Shown here: positions 34,674 through 42,700 of the stretch, piece by piece
How the letters are laid out: the number at the start of each line of letters is the position of its first letter
How positions within the stretch are numbered: the first letter of the stretch is position 1
Source: Bacteroidales bacterium
GTDB lineage: Bacteria; Bacteroidota; Bacteroidia; Bacteroidales; 4484-276
Reading direction: 5' to 3'
Assembly (NCBI GenBank): GCA_046542305.1
Contig: JBKHBQ010000002.1
Coordinates: forward strand, 1-46,330
Length of the DNA: 46,330 nucleotides
The notes under the pieces: generated by a model
Told to the model about the DNA's origin: nothing
Seen by the model: the letters and a program-made list of their open reading frames with translations, nothing else
Database searches by the model: none
Position numbers and translations under genes: made by a program

Positions 34674-35456
34674 TTGAAGATTTCAGGGTATTTGCAGGCA
34701 GTCCTGCCGATGGTTTTTGTGCTGATCGCTTCGGTAACATTTTCACAGGTCAACAAGGTTCCAAACCTGAAATTGTACGATTACGAGCCATATCATTTTG
34801 GTTTCATCGTGTCGGGCAATCAGATGAATTTTGTACTCGAACCAAAGGAAAACCTGCACCAGATTTATTTTAAGGGCAAGGAACTGCCGGCATTCGATCT
34901 GGGAATTTCGGATGTGGATTCCGCGCAGGTGTATGGCATACAGGCCATTCCTTCGATCGGTTTTACGGTGGGCATTGTGGGAAACCTTCGTGTGGCGGAG
35001 TATTTCAACCTGCGGTTTATTCCCAGCCTTGCCTTCGGACGGCGTGACCTCGAATACGATACCCGGCTGCTGAAAGGCAACGATACCATCCCCCGCACCC
35101 TTATCCAAAAAATAAATTCCACCATTGTGGAATTTCCGTTTTACCTGAAGTACAAATCCAAAAGGTTGCACAATATGCGCGCCTATGTCTACACGGGCGT
35201 AAAATTCAGTTTCGACCTGGCTTCCCAGGCCAACAAACAGGTAGAGGATAACTACGAACCCAAGCTTTACCGAACGGATACCTATGGCGTACTGGGCGTT
35301 GGCTTTGATTTTTATATGAACTGGTTCAAGTTCGGCGTGGAAACATCCATGTCGTATGGCGCACGGGATATGCTGCTGCGCGAGGACAACCTGTACACCA
35401 ACAGCATCGAAAGCCTGCGTTCAAAAATTTTTATGCTAACTTTGACCTTCGAATAA
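34674..35456 (+). CDS. porT: PorT/SprT-family outer-membrane beta-barrel protein (T9SS-associated)
   Basis: The signal peptide is followed by NLKLYDYEPYHFGFIVSGNQMNF and later IVEFPFYLKYKSKRLHNMRAYVYTGVKFSFDL, which match my memory of PorT/SprT proteins. The start is uncertain, TTG at 34674 or ATG at 34710. The ORF-track start at 34335 overlaps tatC and is rejected. Confidence 0.6.
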   Translation: MKISGYLQAVLPMVFVLIASVTFSQVNKVPNLKLYDYEPYHFGFIVSGNQMNFVLEPKENLHQIYFKGKELPAFDLGISDVDSAQVYGIQAIPSIGFTVGIVGNLRVAEYFNLRFIPSLAFGRRDLEYDTRLLKGNDTIPRTLIQKINSTIVEFPFYLKYKSKRLHNMRAYVYTGVKFSFDLASQANKQVEDNYEPKLYRTDTYGVLGVGFDFYMNWFKFGVETSMSYGARDMLLREDNLYTNSIESLRSKIFMLTLTFE

Positions 35457-35483
35457 CAACGGGCAAATTATTACCTACACACA

Positions 35484-36185
35484 ATGAGCAACACGGAAGA
35501 AATACGGCCGCTTTTCGAATCGATCGTAGCAAAGGCCACACTCAAGCACAACATTTATCAGCATACCTACAACACATTTACCAAATTCAAGGCAGTGATC
35601 AAGAACCTGGTGAAGGAATACCAGGAGACGGTGGATACCGGTGAACGCCATATCCCTTTTGAATACAAGAACCGGGGGGAATTTGAAGTGGAACTGAAAT
35701 TTGCCGGCGACATCCTGGTGTTTATGATGCACACCAATGTGTTTGAATTCCCGCGGCAGCACGAGGTGATGAACCTGCCTTACATCAGGGAAGATTCCCA
35801 GCGATCCTACTGCGGCATTATCAACATTTACAATTTCCTGAGCGATTCGTTCAAATACAAGCGGGTGAACGACATCGGTTATCTGATCGGACGCGTTTTT
35901 ATCAATAAGGACATGCACTACTTTATTGAGGGTAAACGTGAGATAGGATTTTTGTTTCAAAGTTTCGAAAAGGCCGTGATGAACGATCAGGCTGCAAAAA
36001 GCATCATTACCTCTGCCATTAAATATACCCTGAATTTCGACCTCCTGACCCCGCCCTACGACAAGGTGAAAATGCTGAGTGTTTACGAAATCCAAACCAC
36101 CCTCGACAACATGAAAATAAAAACCGGCAAGCGGCTGGGTTTTAAATTTCAGGCCGATAAGGACGAGGAGGGTAAGAACGGGTAG
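35484..36185 (+). CDS. Hypothetical protein
   Basis: 233-aa ORF, 27 nt downstream of the porT-like gene on the same strand. I recognise no motif. Confidence 0.5.
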   Translation: MSNTEEIRPLFESIVAKATLKHNIYQHTYNTFTKFKAVIKNLVKEYQETVDTGERHIPFEYKNRGEFEVELKFAGDILVFMMHTNVFEFPRQHEVMNLPYIREDSQRSYCGIINIYNFLSDSFKYKRVNDIGYLIGRVFINKDMHYFIEGKREIGFLFQSFEKAVMNDQAAKSIITSAIKYTLNFDLLTPPYDKVKMLSVYEIQTTLDNMKIKTGKRLGFKFQADKDEEGKNG

Positions 36186-36500
36186 CGAAGCACAAAGTAA
36201 AAGTGTATGACCTGCGATGAGATCAAAATCCTAAACCTGCCTCGCCTGCGGTTCGGCAAGGCGTCCAGAGCACTAAACAAATTCAAAATCCAAAAAATCA
36301 AATCTTAAAAACTTCAGGAAACTCTGCGGCTTTGCCAGAACCAACCACAATAGAAGCATGAGAGCGCAAAACTGAGATTAGTAGCCGGTACTAATTTCGC
36401 CCGCTTCGACGAACTTCAGCGAGGCGAGCGAAGCGTCCTCCCGATCCTTCTGATTACGCGCGCAAAGCAAATGACAGCGCAGCAAATCAACGCCGCGTGC

Positions 36501-36577
36501 AAAAAAAAAGGGGGATAGACGCACCTAATTGGTTATTACAGCCAGGGTTTCCCTTGGGCAAAATGCGTATCCCCCTT
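36501..36577 (-). terminator. Large nested hairpin plus U-run, likely terminator of the minus-strand SDR/acidic-protein unit
   Basis: On the minus strand, aagggggatacgca (36577-36564) pairs with tgcg(tc)tatccccctt (36523-36508). An inner ccaaggg-aaa-ccctgg hairpin sits in the loop. Nine U follow (36509-36501), starting 80 nt downstream of the 36657 stop. Confidence 0.5.
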
Positions 36578-36656
36578 AACTCATGATTGTATAAAAGCCA
36601 TTTACTGAAAAGAACCGAAGCTGTGCTTACAGCCTGTTCAGCCATGGAAAGCCGTT

Positions 36657-37124
36657 CTAATCCTCGTCTTCCTCGTCAATATCGAAAAAGGTACCCCAGC
36701 TTACGGCCGTGAGCACTTCATCTTCGAAGAAGAAATCGATGAAAGCATCGTCGAACGAAACACGCTTTTCGTTTTCCAGATCTTCGTCTTCCATCATTTC
36801 GGTGTCGATGTCTTCGTATCCGTTGTCTTTCATCAACTTAATGATGTCGGCCTCCTTCATGGCAAAGATGTGCTTGCCAAACAGGGTAACATCCGGATTA
36901 TCGGTTTCGAGATTTGAAAGTCCGGGTTCTTCGGTGTTTTCGAAAAAAGCCGAAACAGACCTTTCCCAGAAGTGGTACACCTGAGTGTCGCCCATTTCAT
37001 CATCCTCGAAGGTTTCGTCCTCATCGGGTTTTCCGAGATATTCAAAAACTTCCTCAGGAGTCATCCCAAACTCAAGCTCACCCAATCCTTCCAATGGCTT
37101 GATTTCTAATGTTAATTCTTTCAT
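36657..37124 (-). CDS. Highly acidic hypothetical protein
   Basis: 155-aa ORF, very rich in D/E (for example DEDETFEDDEMGD and a C-terminal DIDEEDED). It lies 20 nt downstream of the SDR gene on the same strand. Confidence 0.55.
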   Translation of the reverse strand: MKELTLEIKPLEGLGELEFGMTPEEVFEYLGKPDEDETFEDDEMGDTQVYHFWERSVSAFFENTEEPGLSNLETDNPDVTLFGKHIFAMKEADIIKLMKDNGYEDIDTEMMEDEDLENEKRVSFDDAFIDFFFEDEVLTAVSWGTFFDIDEEDED

Positions 37125-37144
37125 AATTAAGTTAAAATTGTATT

Positions 37145-37981
37145 TTATTTAAACGGAGAATTCGGTTCTTTTGCCATGTGATTGTACACCATTTTATCCA
37201 CCCGCGCCGGCATCAGTTTATTCAGCAGTACCGTAAGTTTTCCCTGCGTGGTAAGGGTAAGGGTGCGTTTACGATGATAAACCGCATCTGCAATTTTTGC
37301 GGCCACGGTTTCGGCGCTCATCATTTTGTCTTCATCACGCGGCGATTCACCCTGTTGTGCGCCCTTTTCGTTGAGTGCCTTGTTGCGGATGTCGGATGCC
37401 GTAAATCCGGGGCATGCCAGCAGCACGTGCAATCCCTTTTTAAGGTTTTCGATGCGGATCACCTCCATCAGGCCATGAATGGCAAATTTTGATGCAGAAT
37501 ACCCGGTGCGGCCCGGAAGGCCCTTGTATCCGGCAATGGATGAAACGGCAACCAGCGATCCCCTGGTTTTGAGTAAATGTGGCAGCGCGAATTTCGAGCA
37601 GTAGACTGTTCCCCAGAAATTTACATCCATCAGTTTCCTGATCACATCCAGGTCCAGATCTTCGAACAATGCACGCATGGAAATGCCGGCATTATTGATC
37701 AGTACATCTATTTTTCCGTATTTTTCGATGGATTGCGCGATCAGGTTACGGCAATCCTCCTCCTTACTAACATCTGTTTTTACGGGCCAGATTTTCCCGC
37801 CATTTTTGGCGATCTCCTTCTGCAGCCGCTCCAGCTTATCATACGATCTGGCGGCGGCAACCACGGCGGCTCCACGGCCGGCAAATTCATGCACCAATGC
37901 CTCTCCTATTCCTGAAGAAGCTCCCGTGATCACTACCACCCTGTTGGTAAACTGCATAGCATCAATAAAATCGTGTGGCAA
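37145..37981 (-). CDS. SDR-family oxidoreductase
   Basis: TGASSGIGEA Rossmann motif, NNAG and the catalytic YSASK. Confidence 0.9.
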   Translation of the reverse strand: MPHDFIDAMQFTNRVVVITGASSGIGEALVHEFAGRGAAVVAAARSYDKLERLQKEIAKNGGKIWPVKTDVSKEEDCRNLIAQSIEKYGKIDVLINNAGISMRALFEDLDLDVIRKLMDVNFWGTVYCSKFALPHLLKTRGSLVAVSSIAGYKGLPGRTGYSASKFAIHGLMEVIRIENLKKGLHVLLACPGFTASDIRNKALNEKGAQQGESPRDEDKMMSAETVAAKIADAVYHRKRTLTLTTQGKLTVLLNKLMPARVDKMVYNHMAKEPNSPFK

Positions 37982-38116
37982 TTAAATTATTTCCTCAAAT
38001 CCGGTGCAAAATCCACTTTAAACTTTACCGTGCAAAAGTAATATTTCATACATATCTCCACCATAAACATCGCGAAGTGAATGAAAATGACAGATTATTT
38101 TCCGGGTAGCCGGATA

Positions 38117-40960
38117 TTAAAGATCGTCTACCCGTTGCTGAGCCTGCTGCTTGATTTTCTCGGCCTGCTCGCGTGCCTCCTGCACAATCCTGTCGGCTCT
38201 TTTATCGGCTTCTTCGATCAGTTTTTCCGATTTCTGCTCTGCCTGCTCTCTCAGTTTATTGGCGGCGGTTTTGGCGCCGATCTGGGCCAGCGTACCCTTT
38301 CCTTCAGCCTCATCAATCAGCCTTTGCGCCTGTTTGTCGGCTTCCGCCTTCACCTGGTCGGCCGATTGGCGGGTGGCCTTCATAATGGCATCGGCCTGCT
38401 TTTGCGCTTCGTTGATAATTTTCTGCGCCTCCTGTTCGGCATTGTTCAGGATCTGTTGGGCTTCCTCGCGCACTTCTTCCCTTTTCTCCTCTATTTCCTC
38501 TTCAACCCGCTCCTTAATTTCTTCCTTTGCCCTTTCTTTCAAATCCTGTACGGTTCCTTTTCCAAGCACGGTGCGTATTTCAGGATCTGAAACCGTACCG
38601 CCGATATCAATGTTTATCTTTACCATTTCGCCCAGGCTGAAATCCGTACCCAACTTATTGGCTTCATCCATCATATTTTCGAGTACGTTGTTGGCGGCAC
38701 CTCCAAACATCTGTCGTGGTACGCTGAGGACCATGTTGTAATCGATCGTCTGATCAAACGAGGTCCATCCCCCTAATGTCGCGGTGATATTTTCATATTT
38801 GATGTCGAAAGGATTCACAAACACCTTACCTTCCACAATTTCGAACGAAAGATCAACCGGCGTCAGTTTAAGCCGCTTGAGGTCGGGCATTTTTAACGCA
38901 TCGGCAATCTTGTTCATGGTATTCACATTATCTACAATGATGTCGGTGGTGCTCAGGCTTCCACCGCCGTTCATGCTCGGGTACACGGGCATCATATCAC
39001 TTCCCAGCACGGTTTCAATGCTGAAAGAGGAGGCAAAATTCCCTGAGGTGTTGTCGGCGATCGGCATCAGTTTTTCCACCGGTCCGAAGGTTTGATACGC
39101 CTCCTGAATTCCCATTCCTGCAAGTTGTATATTGAAGTCGGCATGGGGCTGTGCAGGTTTGGTATCGTAAGCCCCGCTCATGGCGATGCTTCCGTCGAGC
39201 ACATCCAGATTCAGTTGGTCGAGCACCAGCGCCTGATTTTGTACCTTTACGGTTCCGTTCACATTTTTAAACTCTATGTCATCGTACATCAGTCTGTCGA
39301 AGGTGGAATTCATGGTGAAATCGATTTTTGGCGGGATTTCCACAACCTCCATGGCAGCCGTATCGGCGGGTTCTTCAGCGGTTTCTTCCGATTCGGGGAT
39401 CAATGCCGAAACGTTGAAATACTCTGAACTGGTTTGCAGCGAACCTACCAGTGTCCCGTCTGCCATGGCATAGGGTAAAAATTGTTCGATGCGTCCGCTG
39501 GCTGACATATCGCTTTCGCCGAGCTTCATATTAAAATTCACCAGGTCGAGGTACTCGGGAGAGAAATTTAGCTGTGCACGGTTGATAGCGACCGGTACGC
39601 GCAGCATTTCGCTGGAATAGTTCAATTCCTGCACCAGCACGGTGCCCATCATGGTGAAAGCGTCGTAATTTTCGTTTTCCAGCATCGACATGCTGCCATC
39701 AAACGACACGTTGGCCGTAATCAGCCCTGACAGTTGCTCGCCCTCATCCAAAGGATATACCTCATCCACCTGGCTCAGGTCGAGTTTTCCGTTGACCTCC
39801 CCTTTCAGGTCGGGATCCGACATGGGCGTTTTCATGGTAAGGTTGGCCGAAACCGGATTTCCGGCCATGGTAAAATTAAATGTCGGCACCTCCACGACGA
39901 GCCTGTCCAGATCGCTGCCGCCCGGAAAATTCACACGCGCATTCACATCGATATTTTCCACGGATTGCGGCAGGTCAGGATATTTAAACCTTCCGTTGTC
40001 AACCAGAATATTTAGCGCAAAGGCCGGATAGTTGCTTTCGTTGTAGATGCCTTTTACATTTCCGTTCAGGGTAAGCTGCCCCGAAGTTTCGATATCACCG
40101 AAATCCTTCGCATAGATGGCGGGTACGAGCGAGAGGAAATGCCTGAATTCTGATTGCCTGGCAGAATAGGTAAGCATCAGGTTAATGTCGTCGTTTTCCT
40201 GCATTCCAACGGAACCGTCGAAGGCGATCAACAGCTCATTCAGGCGCAATTCATTTTTTTTCAGCGTAAAAATATAATTGGCCAGGTCGGCATCTATGTC
40301 GGCATCCAACTCGGTATTCACCTCGTCGAGATAATTAATGCCGTCGTATTGAACCGTAAGGCTGTCGATGGTCGTATGGGTTTTGAGTGTTGTAAAATCG
40401 AGGGTAAAATCACCGCTCAGTTCATGGTCAAGGCCCTCGAGCAAGACATACGTTACAATACTTTTATCATGATAAATCAGTCGGCCGTTGTCGATGGAAA
40501 CATTATTCAGTTCGATGGCAAATGATGTTCCGGTGTCAGCAGTGGTTTCCGGTTCCTCTTCCGATGGCAGGGCAACATCCCAGTTGGCTACTCCTGCCTC
40601 CGTCACCAGGAGGTTTACAACAGGTTCCTCAAGGTTTACCCGTTTCAGTTCGTAAGTCTCCCCTCTGAACACACTCATCAGATCGAGGGTCAGCCCGAAA
40701 GCAGGAATGTAGGCCAGGGTGTCGCCCTCGAAAGGCACATTATTCACTACCGACAGTCCTTCCAGCCGAAAATTGAAATCAGGAAAGCTGCGGAACAACG
40801 ACAGGCTGAAATCGCTAAAATCCACCTGTGCATTTAAATTTTTATTGATTTCTTCCTTGACCTTTTCAGCTATCTGATCGCGGAAGAAGTAAGGGATGGC
40901 CACCATCAGCAAGAGGATGACGGCAATGAGGATTCCAAGAATTTTAAATACCAGTTTCAT
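38117..40960 (-). CDS. AsmA-family outer-membrane biogenesis/lipid-transport-like protein with a C-terminal charged coiled coil
   Basis: 947 aa with an N-terminal anchor helix, then the AsmA-like start FFRDQIAEKVKEEINKNLNAQVDFSDFSLSLFRSFP and a long beta-rich body. The last ~180 aa are E/K/A/Q repeats. Confidence 0.8.
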   Translation of the reverse strand: MKLVFKILGILIAVILLLMVAIPYFFRDQIAEKVKEEINKNLNAQVDFSDFSLSLFRSFPDFNFRLEGLSVVNNVPFEGDTLAYIPAFGLTLDLMSVFRGETYELKRVNLEEPVVNLLVTEAGVANWDVALPSEEEPETTADTGTSFAIELNNVSIDNGRLIYHDKSIVTYVLLEGLDHELSGDFTLDFTTLKTHTTIDSLTVQYDGINYLDEVNTELDADIDADLANYIFTLKKNELRLNELLIAFDGSVGMQENDDINLMLTYSARQSEFRHFLSLVPAIYAKDFGDIETSGQLTLNGNVKGIYNESNYPAFALNILVDNGRFKYPDLPQSVENIDVNARVNFPGGSDLDRLVVEVPTFNFTMAGNPVSANLTMKTPMSDPDLKGEVNGKLDLSQVDEVYPLDEGEQLSGLITANVSFDGSMSMLENENYDAFTMMGTVLVQELNYSSEMLRVPVAINRAQLNFSPEYLDLVNFNMKLGESDMSASGRIEQFLPYAMADGTLVGSLQTSSEYFNVSALIPESEETAEEPADTAAMEVVEIPPKIDFTMNSTFDRLMYDDIEFKNVNGTVKVQNQALVLDQLNLDVLDGSIAMSGAYDTKPAQPHADFNIQLAGMGIQEAYQTFGPVEKLMPIADNTSGNFASSFSIETVLGSDMMPVYPSMNGGGSLSTTDIIVDNVNTMNKIADALKMPDLKRLKLTPVDLSFEIVEGKVFVNPFDIKYENITATLGGWTSFDQTIDYNMVLSVPRQMFGGAANNVLENMMDEANKLGTDFSLGEMVKINIDIGGTVSDPEIRTVLGKGTVQDLKERAKEEIKERVEEEIEEKREEVREEAQQILNNAEQEAQKIINEAQKQADAIMKATRQSADQVKAEADKQAQRLIDEAEGKGTLAQIGAKTAANKLREQAEQKSEKLIEEADKRADRIVQEAREQAEKIKQQAQQRVDDL

Positions 40961-40975
40961 ATGCTTATTTGATTA

Positions 40976-42073
40976 TTATTTTTCTGCGTTTTTGAAATAT
41001 TGATATTTAAGGTTGCGCAACCAATGATCGGCTATCACCAGCGCAGCCATGGCTTCCACCACCGGCACTGCTCGGGGGACCACACACGGGTCATGCCTGC
41101 CTTTCAGCTCCAGCACCGTTTCATTTTTTTGCCGGTCGACGGTTTGCTGCGTCCTGGCGATGCCTGAAGCCGGTTTAAACGCCACCCTGAACACCACCTC
41201 CTCCCCGTTGGTCAGGCCGCCCTGAATTCCTCCGGAGTGGTTGGTGCGGGTTCTTATATCATCATTATCAACAATAAAAGCATCATTATGTTGACTTCCC
41301 CGCATTGACGCTGCATTGAATCCCGAACCCGATTCAAACCCCGCGGCCGCGTTTATGCTCATCATCGCAGCGGCAAGATCGGAGCTGATCTTTGAATATA
41401 CCGGCTCACCCAGGCCAGGCGGGCAACCGCAGATGCGGCATTCCACCACGCCGCCGGTGCTGTCGTTTTCGGTCTTGATTTTTTCAAGGTACTTCGTCAT
41501 TAACCCTGAAACTGCAGGCACCGGGCATCGTACCGGCGATTGATCCACAGTTTCCTCCGATGGAAATTCAATATGCTGATCCATTCTGATTTCACCAATT
41601 TGGGTGGTATAAGCCACCAGATGAATTCCAAGGGTTTCGAGCAGGATGCCTGCAAAAGCGCCTGCCGCAACACGTACGGCCGTTTCGCGGGCCGACGACC
41701 GGCCTCCGCCACGAAAATCGGTATGGCCATATTTTTGAAAATAGGTGAAATCGGCGTGTGAAGGACGAAAAGCGCCGGCTACCTGATTGTAGTCCTCCGG
41801 GCGTGCATCGCGATTGCGGATGATAAATGCAATGGGTGCGCCGGTGGTTTTGCCTGCGAATACACCCGAAAGGATCTCAATTGTATCAGGTTCGCTGCGC
41901 GGAGTGGTAAGGTGCGATTGACCGGGACGGCGTCGCTGAAGCTTATGGCGGATCAGTGTCTGATCGATAAGGATTCCGGATGGAAAACCATCGAGCACCC
42001 CTCCGATCACCGGTCCGTGCGACTCTCCGAAACTTGTTAATTGTAATGATTCGCCAAAAATATTGCCAGGCAT
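40976..42073 (-). CDS. aroC: Chorismate synthase
   Basis: 365 aa with FGESHG, GGGRSSARET and GRHDPCV signatures. Confidence 0.95.
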   Translation of the reverse strand: MPGNIFGESLQLTSFGESHGPVIGGVLDGFPSGILIDQTLIRHKLQRRRPGQSHLTTPRSEPDTIEILSGVFAGKTTGAPIAFIIRNRDARPEDYNQVAGAFRPSHADFTYFQKYGHTDFRGGGRSSARETAVRVAAGAFAGILLETLGIHLVAYTTQIGEIRMDQHIEFPSEETVDQSPVRCPVPAVSGLMTKYLEKIKTENDSTGGVVECRICGCPPGLGEPVYSKISSDLAAAMMSINAAAGFESGSGFNAASMRGSQHNDAFIVDNDDIRTRTNHSGGIQGGLTNGEEVVFRVAFKPASGIARTQQTVDRQKNETVLELKGRHDPCVVPRAVPVVEAMAALVIADHWLRNLKYQYFKNAEK

Positions 42074-42170
42074 TTCCCAAGGATTTCAGGTCAAAATAAC
42101 GGAAAAATAGCTTTGAAGAGATGTTATAAAAGGTTAATTTTGACGAATGTCTGCTAATCAATCTACTGAT

Positions 42171-42668
42171 ATGAAAAAATTTATCCTACCCGGCGTATTA
42201 TGTGTGATGATGATCTTCAATTCGTGCCAGCGCCATCTGAATGAATATCAGCTCGATGAGCTCAACAACCGGCTGACGGGCCTGCAGGGCACCTGGACAA
42301 CACAGGTTGAAGACGGATATGTTGAAAAATGGCGCCCGGCCAAGGATACCCTGCTTACGGGCGGCGGATACCTGGAAATGGAAAACGGGCTGAGGCAAAC
42401 CGAAAAGCTTGCCATCGTCAGCAACGACGGAAGCTTTTCATATCTGGCGACAGTGGCGGGGCAAAACAAAGGAAAAACCATTGAATTTCCGCTGAGATTT
42501 CACACCGACAGCAGCCTGGTCTTCATCAACAAAGAACATGATTTTCCCAATGTGATCGCCTATTATTTCATAAGCGATACCACCCTTCGTGTTGAGGTAA
42601 AAAGCCTTACCGATCCTGCCCGCGATTTCGAACTGAACCTGCAAAAAAGAAGCGGCGACCTGAATTAG
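42171..42668 (+). CDS. Small lipoprotein, DUF6265-like
   Basis: Lipobox MKKFILPGVLCVMMIFNSC, then L.G.W and a late NKEHDFPNVIAYYF motif that I associate with DUF6265. The start was moved from 42147 to the MKKF codon. Confidence 0.6.
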   Translation: MKKFILPGVLCVMMIFNSCQRHLNEYQLDELNNRLTGLQGTWTTQVEDGYVEKWRPAKDTLLTGGGYLEMENGLRQTEKLAIVSNDGSFSYLATVAGQNKGKTIEFPLRFHTDSSLVFINKEHDFPNVIAYYFISDTTLRVEVKSLTDPARDFELNLQKRSGDLN

Positions 42669-42700
42669 ACCGCCGCCTGATATCGTATACCCTTAAAGGT

